A stretch of DNA of 63,779 bases, filler included, from Kipferlia bialata (GCA_003568945.1; 5 parts of 5 records of this genome joined end to end with filler, not necessarily neighbours in it), one strand, 5' to 3'. Positions 1 to 12,899 are shown, counted from the first letter of the whole stretch. The notes: generated by a model not told the origin, from the letters alone. Made by a program: numbers and translations.

Positions 1-50
1 CCCTGTAACATGTTTGTTCTCTCGTGCCTCGCCTTGCCCCCCCCCCCCCC

Positions 51-60
51 CTCACCCCAG
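51..60 (+). promoter_or_regulatory. Representative fused branch-point/3' splice site CT(C/G/A)AC-CCC-CAG used by most introns in the window
   Basis: CTCACCCCAG, CTGACCCCAG, CTAACCCCAG, TTACCCCAG precede dozens of exons on the coding strand of both + and - genes. Confidence 0.85.
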
Positions 61-3000
61 GGTTCAGTTCCACCTGCAGTCCCAGCAGACACTCAGGTAG
101 GAGTCATGTGATGTATGGATATGAGTACCATGACTGTGTTTCACTAAGTAGTAGTGATCAGTCAACCAATTATATAGCTGTCTCTCAGTGTGTCTCCCTA
201 CTCTCCTCCCTCTTGTTGTCTGACCCCAGAGAGATGTCCATCCACCGCAAGAAGAAGACATCCCTGCCCCTCCTCAAGGAGACAAAGGTGTGTTACTTAC
301 TCCACAACCCCCCCCACTCCTTCCCTCCTCTCTCCCTCTCCCTCCATGCCCCCCCCCCTCTCCCCCTCTCTTATGCAGGCCAGGGCCGATGACCTGTTCC
401 ATGCCTCAGTCCCAGACAAGGCTGCAGGTATTGCAGGATATGCATACTTATATATACGTCATAGTATACCCCTCCCCAGATTTCTGTGCATGTATGTATC
501 TGTGGGTTCCCCCCCCCCCCCCCACCCCCAGCTGTGTATGAGGATGCGGCTGGTGTGGCTGCCAAGCTGTACGGCACAGACACATACCACGTGGCCCACC
601 TCCTAGCCTCTGCATCCCTCGCACATGTCTGTGCACACCACTTCAGTGCATCCAGGTGGGTTTACATGTATGTATGTATGTAAGGTGTATATATAGGTTT
701 AGTATGTTGATCTCTTTAGACTTTGATTTTTGGACATCTATTCAATTTCTGACTTGGCCTTGTGTCTCTCTGTTCACCCCCAGACGTCTATCCGGCCAGG
801 CCCTGCGTCTGTACTCACAGACCAAGGGGAAGGTATAGTGGATATGTGTAGATGTATATACCCAGCCCAATACCCACGATGACACGGGCAGTGACATATG
901 TACACGTATATATCTATATGTGGTGTGTTTATACCCTTACCACCCAGGACACCAGGATGCACAGGGCCAAGCTGCTGCACACACGGGGACTGGCACAGGC
1001 AGCGCAGGTATGTGTGCTATAAACACATATATATACTTTTTGATACCTGGCTCTATATACCTTATGTATACGCAACCCTACCCTCACCCCAGGGCATGTT
1101 CTCCGAGGCCGATGTGGATCTGGGCCAGGCCCTCTCCCTATTCCTCCAGGTTTACCCCCCAGAGCACCCATCCGCAGGTAGGATACATTAGTATATGGTC
1201 GTATATTGTATACATGGGAATGCGGAATTGTATGTCTGGGTATCAGTACCAGAGAGTGTGTCATGTTCTTCTCTTGTTTCCCCACCCCCAGTTGTGTGTC
1301 TGGCCAACCGAGGCGTGGTGACACTGGCCAAGTGGGGGGAGACACAGGTGGGTGTGTAGCTGGTTAGAGAGTCCCAACCCACAGTGACATAAGACATAAC
1401 CTCTTCCTTACCCCCTGCCTCACCCCCAGGCTGCAGCCAAGAAGAGGTCCCCTGGCACCAAGAGGCCTGTCAAGAGCATGGTCAGCACAGAGCTCAACAA
1501 GGCCTGCAAGATACTCCGGGTGGGTGGATGCATATAGTATATGTACTTGCGTGTTGCATTGTTCATGCTGTCATTTCTCCTCTATTTCACTTCTCTCTCT
1601 CCTTTAAACCTCAGAGCTCAACAAGGCCTGCAAGATACTCAGGGTGGGTGGATGCCTATGTCATAGTGAGTATATAGTATATACTATTCTCTCTCCCTTT
1701 TAACCCTCAGGAGGTGCTGCACCGAGTCACCAGCCAGTACCCCACCAGAAGACACTCCCACATCAGAGCACTGGCATCGGTGGCACTGGGGCTGGCTCAG
1801 GTATGTACTGTAGTGTGTAGTATGGGGTCTATACTATATTTGTATTGTATACCGCATTTCATCGCCCCCAGCTGCTGTCCGGTGACTATGTCCTCAATTA
1901 TCTACTCTAGTGCTGTATCAGAAGGTATTGACCACTAGCTGCTGTCCGGTGACTATGTCCCCTGTCTGTCCACTGTCAGGGAGGAGCTGGGCAAGGGAAG
2001 GTCCATACCGGCATCCCCACACGCATCAGGTACACTATTCCCCACCTCCTTATTTCCATATGTACAATAATACTATTGTGTCTCTGTACCTCACCCCAGG
2101 TGGTCCTGTAGCACGTGCCGGTGTACACGAGGTGGCAGACTGGGTCACAACGAGGTACATATCTGCATACATGTGTATATTTATACATTTACTATACCAT
2201 ATACATATACATGTATGTGTATAGTATATGCATGAGGTGGCAGACTGGGTTACAACCAGGTATATATGATCATATATATATATATATATATACTTGCATT
2301 TATACACATATATATGAATGTGTATAGTATGTGCACGAGGTGGCAGACTGGGTCACAACCAGGTACATACATATACATGATCATGTATGTATGAATACTA
2401 ACCCCAGTCTCCTGCACATTGAGGTCCAGGCCATGAGGGGTCTCAACAACCACGGGAGTGCGGTGCCTAAGGTGGGTAGGGGAGAGTAGTGATGTGGTAT
2501 ACACTTAGTCTCTCTCTCTCTCTCTCTCCCCCTCCCCCTCACCCCCCCAGGCCCAGTCCCTGGTCAACAGACTCCATGCCTCCCCTGCAAGCCACTCCTT
2601 CTACGCAAACCATGCTAGGGTGGGTAGCACTTTCTTATCGACGTGTACTGATACCTTCCATTCCATGAGTACACACTTGTCCAATATTCCCATACATATG
2701 TATGAATCTAAACCCCCCCACCCCAGGCCATGCACTGCTCCTCGCTGCTGTACCTTGGTGAGTCTTTGTCTGCATGCAGGAAGGAGAGAGAGGGTGCAGA
2801 TGCACTGAGGAGGGGCATCGAGGAGGGACAGGCCATGCTGGGGGAGAGCAGGGACACACCCCTCTCATCCACACCCTGTAGGAGACCACTCCTGCTACTG
2901 ACAGAGGCGGCATCCACACTGCCACTGTTCCCAGGTGGGACTAGAGTATAGTATACCATACATTGAGTGTGTCAGCTGCATGTGGAGTATATTTATGTGT

Positions 3001-4825
3001 ATTCCCTCTCACCCTTAGGAGTTGCTGACCCCCTCGTCCATGCACTGTGTTGCTACAACATTAAGGGTGCAGTGAACAGAGGCAGGGCACAGCTCACAAG
3101 GTGCACATGTGTGTGTATATGAGGATACATCTATTATACTCTTATTCCCGTCTCATCTCCTAGGCTGCAGCGTGTTGGTGCTGCCTGTGATGCTGTGAGT
3201 GAGTCACTACTCATCCAGCGCACCATGCCCCTGCACTCTGTGGGAGGGGGTGTCGCCATCAAGGGAGAGAGAGAGAGAGAGAGAGTGGCAGGCACACTCA
3301 ACCATGCCGACCTGGACAGGGTGCCTAGTGTGGAGTACGGGTCTCCCTCTCGGTCCCAGGTGTATAGGGAGGAGGAGGAGAGAGAGAGGGTGGTGCTGAA
3401 TGAGGAGGGTGCCCTTGACCTGGCTGCCAGTGGTGCTCTGTCCTCCTTTGTGTCACCGGTGTCTAGACCACAGGCACCATCACCTGCAGGTGGGTGTGTA
3501 TGGGTACATGGGGAGAGAGAGAGAAGTGGATGAGCCTATATACTGATGCATATACACTATGCCCCCCCCCCCCCTCACCCAGGCACCACCACTCTTGTCC
3601 CCCGTCACAGGGCACCCGACTACCTACCCACCAGCCACACAGCAAGGCCGTTCCTGGTATGTGTAGTAGGGATATATATAGTAGCACCAGTATAGTACAT
3701 ATGATGTCTCTCCCTGTATACTTACCCCTCCAGGTCCGTGCCCCCCTCTCTGCCTCCACTAGATACGGGGGTATCAAGTATGCTGGGGCATCCACAGTCC
3801 CTGCCATGCTGGTCACGGCAGGTGGGGAAACATATGTGCATATCCCATATATGCACATACACACTATACGTATTCTATATGTATGTGAGACGGCATCTAA
3901 CCCCCCCCCCCCCCTTTCTCTGACCCCAGGTGCCTCTGCCCCTGATTCCAGTCTCGACAGGATCACTAGGGGCACTAGGGCATCAGATGCATCTACTCCT
4001 AGGTATGTGTTGCACCCTCCCTCTCACTCTCGGTGTCTCTCTCTATATGTATATATACGCACCTATAGCATAATGTGTCTCACCCCTAGGTCCAGGGGTG
4101 TGCGTGCCTCCGCTGTGTTCCTGTCCCCCTCCAGCCCTGCAATGCTGGGAGGTGGAGAGAGGGAGAGGGAGAGGGAGAGAGAGAGAGCCCGTGCCATGGA
4201 GGGTAGAGAGACTGATAGGCCCAGGGTCAATGGGGCAGCTGTTGTGCACTCACCATTCAGCTCCAACAGCCTGAGGGTCCTGATGAGAAGGAACACTGGC
4301 GTTAACAAGGAGGTGGGGGGTGTATGTATATATACACTATTCATTTTGTGTTACTCTCGTCCTTAGACTGACCCACAGGTTGTTGCTGGTACCCACCTGG
4401 CCCAGAGCAGTGTCACCTCTAGACTGGGTGCCTCTAGGGGAGGGGGTATGGGGGAGAGCCTGGTATCCTCTGCCCTTGCTGGGTCTATGCACACGGCTAG
4501 GGGTGTGAGGGAGCAGATGGAGCGGACGCAGAGACTGTCGGATAGTGTCAGGTTCACAGTAGGGGAGAGGTATGGAAGGAGTGGTGTCTGGCAGGGAGAG
4601 ACTGAGACACGCGGGGAGGAGGGAGAGAGAGGGGTGGGCGGAGACACTCTGTCCCTGACCGACCTCAGTGGTAGACAGAGAGAGAGAGACAGTGATGAGA
4701 GGGAGGAGAGGGAGATGAAGAGAGAGAGAGACCTAGCCGAGGAGGAGGCCCTGATGCGTGAGACTAGGGCTGTACTAGAGGGACTGAGACAGACACTGGT
4801 GGACACAGAGGGAGATGTAGTATAG
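61..4825 (+). CDS. Multi-exon TPR-like repeat protein with low-complexity/coiled C-terminus; 5' truncated by window edge
   Basis: GT-AG exons spliced by hand give AVYEDAAGVAAKLYGTDTYHVAHLLASAS, RAKLLHTRGLAQAAQ-GMFSEADVDLGQALSLFLQVYPPEHPSAVVCLANRG, resembling kinesin-light-chain-type TPRs; last exon ends ...TEGDVV TAG at 4823-4825. Confidence 0.65.
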
Positions 4826-5109
4826 GATGGGTAGTCAGTGTAGAAGGATTGGTCCATGTGGAGTATCAATGTATGTGGTATGTGTTGTACAATAGAATAT
4901 ATAAATGGTGTTTATGCGCTACCTCTCCAGTATATATATTACCAGAACAACTACGTAAACCTAGTGCCAACAATATCTTGATGAACAACGATTCATATCT
5001 ATTCATTTCACATTCAACAGACTCCACATACACCACAGCAGTGCATGTAAGCAGCACATATCTCTTAGGGGCCCCCTAACCCCTAAACCCCTGGCTCCTA
5101 TACCTACAT

Positions 5110-6073
5110 CTACAGGTCCACCTGTGACACCACTGTGACCCTAGCACTGGTAGGCACTCTCTTGGCATGGGGGGGAGGGGGCACACCCAGGGCGCTGAGG
5201 GGGGGCCTGGGTGGGACGTGGGGGGAGGCCTCTGTGGGTGCCAGTGAGGTGGGTGGATGCACAGAGTACATGCTGACACCGGCATGGGGCTCGTAGGTGC
5301 TCTGGGGGTAAGGTAAGAAGAGACAGATAGGTGAAGGGGATCTTGGTATAGCAGTTCTATGGTCCCCCACCTGTGTGGCCACCTGTGTCGCCATCTTGAG
5401 GTAGTCTGCCGCAGTCCCCGTCTGCACCTGGGTAGGGCGTCTGGGAGGTTCAGCGTCTGGGCGTCTAGTGGGCCTGGTCCTCTTCTTGGGGCGTCTTGTG
5501 GTGGCTCTGGTGCCGGGTGCCCTGTACTCCGAGTCCTCTCTCTCTCTCCACATGGCCGGGGTGGAGGGGCGCAGTCTGGAGGGCCTGGGGTCAGATTCAA
5601 TGGATACTCTAGTACAAGGCATCAGAGTGAGTGTAAGTAGAGATGTATATATGTATGCTGTGTGAACCTGGGTCTAGTGGGCACTCTGTGTGTCTTTGCG
5701 GCACTGGACCTCATCCTAGCACGTGTGTGGGTATTGTACCCCTCAGCCTTGACAGACGGGTGGACATAGGGGGCAAAGGATCCACTGGGGTGTGCCTAGA
5801 GGTCAGAGGCGCAGCGAAGACAAACAATTACTCAATTTCCGATACATACACACCTTCTCACTGTCACTGGGACTGTCCTGGGATGGGTGGCCACTCTCTA
5901 CTCCCTCTAGAGGTCTAGGCATGGCACCCTCACCCAGGGACACAGGTGCATACCCCTGCCTACCCCTCCCCCTGGGAGTGTGTGTGGAGGGTGCAGTGTA
6001 TTCTGCCCTACTGGTGTAGTTGGGGTGGGGCATGGTGGTAGAGACCATGGAGGTGTCGCCGCGGGAGGAAGGG
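5110..6073 (-). CDS. 3' exons of a hypothetical low-complexity (P/R/T-rich) protein, 5' end lost in gap
   Basis: Four minus-strand exons bounded by CTCACCCCCAG/CTGACCTCTAG/CTGACCCCAG/TTACCCCCAG acceptors and GT donors; ends ...VVSQVDL stop at 5110; convergent with the TPR gene. Confidence 0.6.
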
Positions 6074-6139
6074 CTGGGGGTGAGGGGGGGGGGAGAGAGA
6101 GAGAGAGAGAGAGAAGTACTCTGTGATGAATAGATATAG

Positions 6140-6684
6140 NNNNNNNNNNNNNNNNNNNNNNNNNNNNNNNNNNNNNNNNNNNNNNNNNNNNNNNNNNNNN
6201 NNNNNNNNNNNNNNNNNNNNNNNNNNNNNNNNNNNNNNNNNNNNNNNNNNNNNNNNNNNNNNNNNNNNNNNNNNNNNNNNNNNNNNNNNNNNNNNNNNNN
6301 NNNNNNNNNNNNNNNNNNNNNNNNNNNNNNNNNNNNNNNNNNNNNNNNNNNNNNNNNNNNNNNNNNNNNNNNNNNNNNNNNNNNNNNNNNNNNNNNNNNN
6401 NNNNNNNNNNNNNNNNNNNNNNNNNNNNNNNNNNNNNNNNNNNNNNNNNNNNNNNNNNNNNNNNNNNNNNNNNNNNNNNNNNNNNNNNNNNNNNNNNNNN
6501 NNNNNNNNNNNNNNNNNNNNNNNNNNNNNNNNNNNNNNNNNNNNNNNNNNNNNNNNNNNNNNNNNNNNNNNNNNNNNNNNNNNNNNNNNNNNNNNNNNNN
6601 NNNNNNNNNNNNNNNNNNNNNNNNNNNNNNNNNNNNNNNNNNNNNNNNNNNNNNNNNNNNNNNNNNNNNNNNNNNNNNNNNNNN
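6140..6684. other. Intra-scaffold assembly gap (others at 14270-14273, 19617-19704, 42877-43295)
   Basis: N runs without linker sequence. Confidence 0.98.
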
Positions 6685-6873
6685 GGAGTAAGAGTGGGGA
6701 AAAACCCCCCCCCCCCCCCTCCCTCCTGACCTTGTCACTCTCTGGGTAACTGTCTCTCTCTCTCTTCTTACTCAGGTCACATGTCTCTCTCCAATGGTGA
6801 CACCCTCTTTTCCATCTCCCCTCTTTATACACAATACTATATCTCATCTAAAGCTGCTCCTCCAAGTGCCACT

Positions 6874-6908
<35 letters not shown>

Positions 6909-6978
6909 TCTTTTAACCTAGGCTACTCTCCCAAGTGCCACTTCATCTCTCTCTCTCTCTCTCTCTCTTCTAACCTAG

Positions 6979-7385
6979 GCTACTCCCCCAAGTGCCACTT
7001 TATCTCTCTCTCGAATGGCGACGCAAGAGATGCACAGTTAGCCACAGACTATCTGATGGACCAGCCCATAGTGGGGATTGATTTGTACGTAAAGGATAAA
7101 TATATATATATGTACATATATATATATATGACATATACACAAGCACTACCTAATGGACCTGCCACTTGTTGGTATTGATTTGTACGTATTCCTCAATCAC
7201 ACCCACCGTCACAATCAAATATTCACTACCCATATATACTCGTGCCACTTGATGATTCACTGCTTATTATGACATATAGATTGATGGTTCATCGGTTATA
7301 CTTTTGAAACATATGTTCAGCTCCCTCTCACTGTAGCGAGTAGCGCCCTGTGTGCAGAAATATACTTTGTGGCGCTACCTCATTC

Positions 7386-7439
<54 letters not shown>

Positions 7440-10400
7440 ACTTCACATGTGTATTGATGTCCCCCTCACTGCAGCGAGTGGCGCCCTGTGTTCAGAAAGG
7501 GAGGCTTCCACCCCATATCAATCATCCAGGTAAGAGATTCCATCTCTCTCTCTCTCTCTCTCTCTTGTCTCTATCCTACCCCAGATGTCCCCTCTGGACC
7601 AAGTAATTTAGTATTTACATTAGTATATATGTCTATTCATAGCTTATGTCCTTAGTATCATATGATATATCCCATTCTTCCCCTTCCCCTACTCTCTTAC
7701 CCCAGATGTCCACTCTGGACCACGTCTTTGTCTTCCATGTCACCATAGGTATGTATGCATATATGTATGTATGTATGTATATAGTTGTTCCGTCTCACCA
7801 TAGGCACAGGGGAGAGAGTGGCCAGGGAGAGCCCAGTCTTCACGAGACTCCTGACTGATACAGAGGGTACGGCCAAGAGTGAATATGCGTAGTTACTGCT
7901 CACATACTGATGGTATATCAATGTAGGCATCATCCGTCAATCATGTCTCTATCCTTTTTGCTCTTGCCGTATCCTAACTGTCTAGGCCCCAGACCTATGC
8001 TCCTGATCAAGGACCCACACGGGGACAGGTGAGTGGGATGTGTGTCTATGTAGTTACCCTACATTGTATATTTATTTGCGTGGCGAGACGGTATACTATT
8101 GTAGATGTTTCTAAATCAAGGACCCACACGGGGACAGGTGAGATGTCCATATTGCTGGGATTGCTGGGATGTGCATGTTCTTCCTTATGCTGAGATATCT
8201 GTATAGTGAGTTATATGTGTATGTCCTTCCTTTACCCCCAGACCCATGTTCCTCAAGTCCTTTGGAATTGAGTTACCCTCTGTCACATGCATACACGGGG
8301 TGCTCAACGGAGTCAGGTGTGTTATTGTATATTGACATACGTGTAGCATTTGTGTTCTAATACTCACCTCAGTATGGGCACCCTCAATTGGTGTTTATAC
8401 TGCATATTCCTATAGTGCATATATATGCTATATGCTATATAGTAGACATGGTATATTAAGTCATTGTATACTCACCCAGCATGGGCACCCTCAATGTGGG
8501 TGCCATATGCAAGACACTGGGGTTAGGTGGGAGTCAACTAGAGTATTGTACACTACATCCACCCGGGACATGTGTTCAACCCTAGTTCCGTCACATACAC
8601 ATAGTACCTTACCATATGTACCATTTTTGATATACTGACCCCCAGCCTCCAACACCCCCAAGAACAAGAGGATAGCCTGCAGTGACTGGAGCCAGTGGCC
8701 ATTGACAAGGAAGCAGCAGGCATGGCACACACACACATGTATACATATATACATATATATATATATACATCAATACACCAAGAAGCAGCAGGTTGTGAAC
8801 CATGTCTATAATGTAGTCCCTCTCTCGCTTTGTATATATATCTTACTCTAGTTATATGCTGCCTTCGATCCCTACTTCAACATCCTGTGCTGTGTCATTC
8901 TGGCCCGTGTCATAAGGGAGAGGGGGGAGAGAGAAGATACTATTAGGGACAGGGGGGAGGCAGAGGGTACTCCCAATGCAACGTCAACCTCTCTATGCAG
9001 ACAGGAGGAGTCAGGTGCACTTGCCTCTCTCAATGCCCAGACACATGGAGCATTCTCGTACCAAGGTGAGACTGTCTGGAAGTAGAAATAGTTTCATTAC
9101 TCTTTCCGGTTAAAGTGAGAGTCTCTCTCTCAGTACTTTGGATAGTAGCAGACACCGCATTAATGCGCCTTCTTCTCACATGAAGCTGTAGTTAATTGGA
9201 TGTATAGTCTAGTTACTTTGATGTATGTCACTCTCCTGTGTACATTCCACTCACACTCAGCTGTTGTAGACACCGTGAGAGACAGGCTGTCTGCCTCAGA
9301 CTATGAGGTCACAGATGCCCTGGGGCAGGTCATACCTAAGGTAGACACAAATATACACACATATATATACGTTATAGTACTATATATCTTCTTAATTACA
9401 TCTGGGAATACTCAGAGGGTGTGTGCGTATATTTGACACCTGCACCTATTTGATGCATATATATAGTGTTCTAAAAGTGTCTGTACTTCCCCTAGTGACA
9501 CCTGCCTCTCCTGTGCCACTCTATATATTGTCTCTCCCTTTCTATATGAATACCCCCTCGTGTTAACTCCAGCCCCTCCTGTCCGAGTACCAGTATGGCA
9601 GGGTCAAGTGCGGGTACTGTGAGGCAGGGACAGTGGGGGGTGTAGACACCCTAGGTGGGGTACAGGGTCATCACTGGCAGTATAACACTACATGTATACC
9701 CAAAAACTCTATTTGTCTCTTACCCCAGTGCACATGGAGCTCTATCACCCCAAGGAGGCGGAGAGAGAGAGGGAGGCAAGACAGGGAGGGACATGCCTCA
9801 TACAGGTACAGAGTGTAGTTAGAGCTGTCTTGTGGTATGTGCATGTATGCCTCTCACCCCAGATGTCCGCTGCCTGTCTGCTGCACCTGCCCATGAGCAC
9901 AGAGGATATAGACAGGTATGTGTATGTATGTGTCTGTATATTTGTTGCAAACTCTTGGATATACTCAGTGTAAACCACAGTGGATATAGCTAGGTATGTA
10001 TATTTATGTGTATGTATAAGAATACATACCAAACAGTGTATTAGCCTTGTTACCATTCACCCTAGGATCACTGAGGAGAAGCTGCCCGTTGTTATACCCG
10101 CCTCCAACGCCACCCTACTCAGACTGGTTCCAGAGGGTATTAGACTGCGGGTGCAAGGTACATATACTAACTATATATATATTAATATGCTATATATGCC
10201 ACCTATGTTATATATGTTGAGACTGGTGCCAGAGGGGATCAGGGAGAGGGTGGAAGGTACACAGTGATGTGCTATACATACACAGTACCTTATGTTTAGA
10301 GTATATAATGTTCTGAATGTATATAAGTAACATTTTACCCCCAGGCTGTGAGCGTCTATCCACCCTAATGTGTGTAATGCCTATGGATGCATTTACAATA

Positions 10401-11295
10401 TTAGTAGTTGTATTTAACCCCAGGCTGTGAGCGTCTGTCCACCCTGTGCCGGTCTGTCCTGGTCAAGCACTGGCGGTGTCAGGGGGTCTTTGACGTCATA
10501 GACCTGTGCCTCCAGTCAGGGTTTGCAGAGGAAGGTACAGAACAGATCCTATAACAGATTAGTACTCTCCGGTCCAATGTGTATATATGTCCCTTCAGAG
10601 TATCTCCTCACCCCCAGCCTGGACTGCCTCCATCACCTGGGACCTCACAGGCTCAGGATATGGCCCAGGTGAGTGTAGCTATTGCTATTTTTTGTTGGTG
10701 TCCGTCTGATGATTGCCTTGCCTTTGGGTACTTCTCACGTATGTGCCAGTCGATGCTTGTACTATGAATATATATATATATATGTATATAGAAATCTGCA
10801 GATTGAAATCAATGCCCCACCCCCAGATGAGCGCCCTGCCTCATTATACGTATATTTGACTATATATATATTGACTATATATATATTGACTATATATTAA
10901 TTTGTCTTACACCCAGATGAGCGGTCTGCCTTTGAGTCCGACCTGGCAGAGGGGGCAGTCTCAGTGGTGGACCCATTCCTTCAGTCAGGTAGTAGCAGTC
11001 AAAAGAATAATTCAATATAGTATGTTATGTTTGAGTATGTCCCTTTCTCACCCCCTAGCCCAGTGCCCAGTCGAGCACTTCCCAGGGTATCTCTTTGCCA
11101 AGAGGGCAGAGGAGCTGGCTCAGGTACATATGCTGTCATATAGCATGTATACAATGCAATTCAACAATAGGGTAATTGACTTTGGGCGATTAGTCATTTC
11201 TTATCTTCTCCCCTCTGCTATATTCACACCAGACCATGAAGGAGAGGCGTCCCATTAGGACTCTCAAGGTGGTGAGACACAGAAACAGGAAATAG
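6979..11295 (+). CDS. DEDDy 3'-5' exonuclease (WRN-exo/EXD2/Mut-7-like) with downstream C2H2 zinc finger; start probably in gap
   Basis: Spliced: IVGIDFEWRPVFRKGGFHPISIIQMSTLDHVFVFHV (ExoI DxE), KDPHGDRPMFLKSFGI (ExoII), KNKRIACSDWSQWPLTRKQQLYAAFDP (ExoIII YxxxD); CGYC-x12-HMELYH; probable stop TAG 11293-11295. Confidence 0.85.
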
Positions 11296-11452
11296 AATGA
11301 GTAGACAATCGAGTTCGATTGTGTGGGAAACTAGCGGCTGAGAATGAATTGATTGTGGCGCAAAAACTCTACACCCCTTATTGGTGTCTATTTATGGTGA
11401 CGAGATCTGGCTTCTTGGGCATGTGCCCTGCGACAGAATTATATACAATAAA

Positions 11453-11697
11453 ATGGGATTTGCTGATAGCCTGCCATCTGCCCTTGCTGCCTCTGCTCTG
11501 AAGGTGTTTAGGAAGGTTCGGGCACCAGTATTGTATAGATATTATTTTGACACCGATGGATCACGATTGACCATTCATGACTGACGGTAACCACCTGTTC
11601 AGATACTGATACCAGAAGCCCCTGAAGCTTGGCTGTTCCCAGTCTGTGCTCTATGCCTTCAGGGACGACATCGACTCAGGGGCTCTGGATCTGGGAG
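11453..11697 (+). CDS. First two exons of an unidentified gene (MGFADSLPSALAASALKVFRK-KPLKLGCSQSVLYAFRDDIDSGALDLG), cut at a poly-C tract
   Basis: ATG 11453, donor after 11515, acceptor CTGATACCAG before 11616, donor after 11697; no MAD2 similarity. Confidence 0.4.
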
Positions 11698-11899
11698 GTT
11701 GGTGCTTTCACTACAGTATACAGCTGTATAATTCGATTCACTCTACATAGCGTAATGTCCTTATGTGTGACATGTATGATGCATCCCAATGCCATCCCCC
11801 CTCCCCCCCCCCCCCCCCCCCCCTCTTACCGATATGTTCGTTGTTACCAGGCCGATGCCTTCTCTCTCTCCCTTCCCCTCTCTCTCTGCTTACTCTCAG

Positions 11900-12366
11900 T
11901 ATCCTGTACCTACGTGGTGTGTACCAGCCTGATGCCTTTGAGAGGGTGCCTAAGTACGGAGTGCCCATGCAGATTGCCAAGGACCCCGGTCTGATGAAGT
12001 ACCTAGGTAGATACATATTGATGTCTATATAATTGCTTGTGTGTGTGTTTACTCGGAAAATACAACCAATCTCCCCCACCCACTCATTGGAGATATATAT
12101 ATTTGAATCCCTCCCCCCCCCCCCCCAGCTGCTTTGTCAACTCATACCTTGTCTCTGTCTGTCTTTCCCTCTCTCTCTCTCTCTCTCTCTCTTTGTATTA
12201 TCTTACCCCAGGCACTGTCCTCCAGAATGTGAGTGAGTGAGTATAGTATGTCTCTATCTCTAGGTATATATATATCTTTGTCTCACCATAGGCACTGTCC
12301 TGCAGAATGTGATTCTCTCTCTCTCTCTCTCTCTCTCTAACCTTAGGCACTGTCCTCCAGAATGTG

Positions 12367-12414
<48 letters not shown>

Positions 12415-12508
12415 CTTAGGCACTGTCCTCCAGAATGTGAGTGAGTGGCTCATGGCTGGCACAGTGCAGAAGCTGGCCATTGTCATGACATCAGAGGCCA
12501 CAGCTGAG
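11900..12508 (+). CDS. MAD2: Spindle checkpoint HORMA protein MAD2, two internal exons (11900-12006, 12420-12508)
   Basis: SILYLRGVYQPDAFERVPKYGVPMQIAKDPGLMKYLGTVLQNVSEWLMAGTVQKLAIVMTSEATAE matches the MAD2 consensus SILYQRGIYP..F..V.KYG...L..YL......WL....VQKL. Confidence 0.9.
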
Positions 12509-12663
12509 GTATATATATACATTGTATATAGTATAATCATATAGTATACTATATATGTAATGTCTGTGTATGTTGGCACAGTGCAGAAGCTGGCCATAGT
12601 CATGACCAGTGAAGCAACAGCTGAGGTACATATTATATATATAGTTTTGTATAGTGCAACGTC

Positions 12664-12710
<47 letters not shown>

Positions 12711-12716
12711 ACCCCC

Positions 12717-12816
12717 NNNNNNNNNNNNNNNNNNNNNNNNNNNNNNNNNNNNNNNNNNNNTTAATTAATTAANNNNNNNNNNNNNNNNNNNNNNNNNNNN
12801 NNNNNNNNNNNNNNNN
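12717..12816. other. Artificial scaffold linker N44-TTAATTAATTAA-N44
   Basis: Exactly 100 nt with a central six-frame stop spacer; identical at four positions. Confidence 0.97.
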
Positions 12817-12899
12817 TGTCGCCACGTTTTCAGTTCCTCTCGGTATCATCCCATCCCCCCCCCCCCCTCTCTCAATGTAATAGTGTATGTGCATACTTC

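Noticed and set aside
5073..5091. Telomere-like CCCTAACCCCTAAACCCCT
   Set aside because: Only two or three imperfect units between convergent genes
12761..12772. TTAATTAATTAA recurring every ~12.75 kb as a periodic element
   Set aside because: Centred in identical 100-nt N spacers; flanking pieces decrease monotonically in length, so it is a concatenation linker
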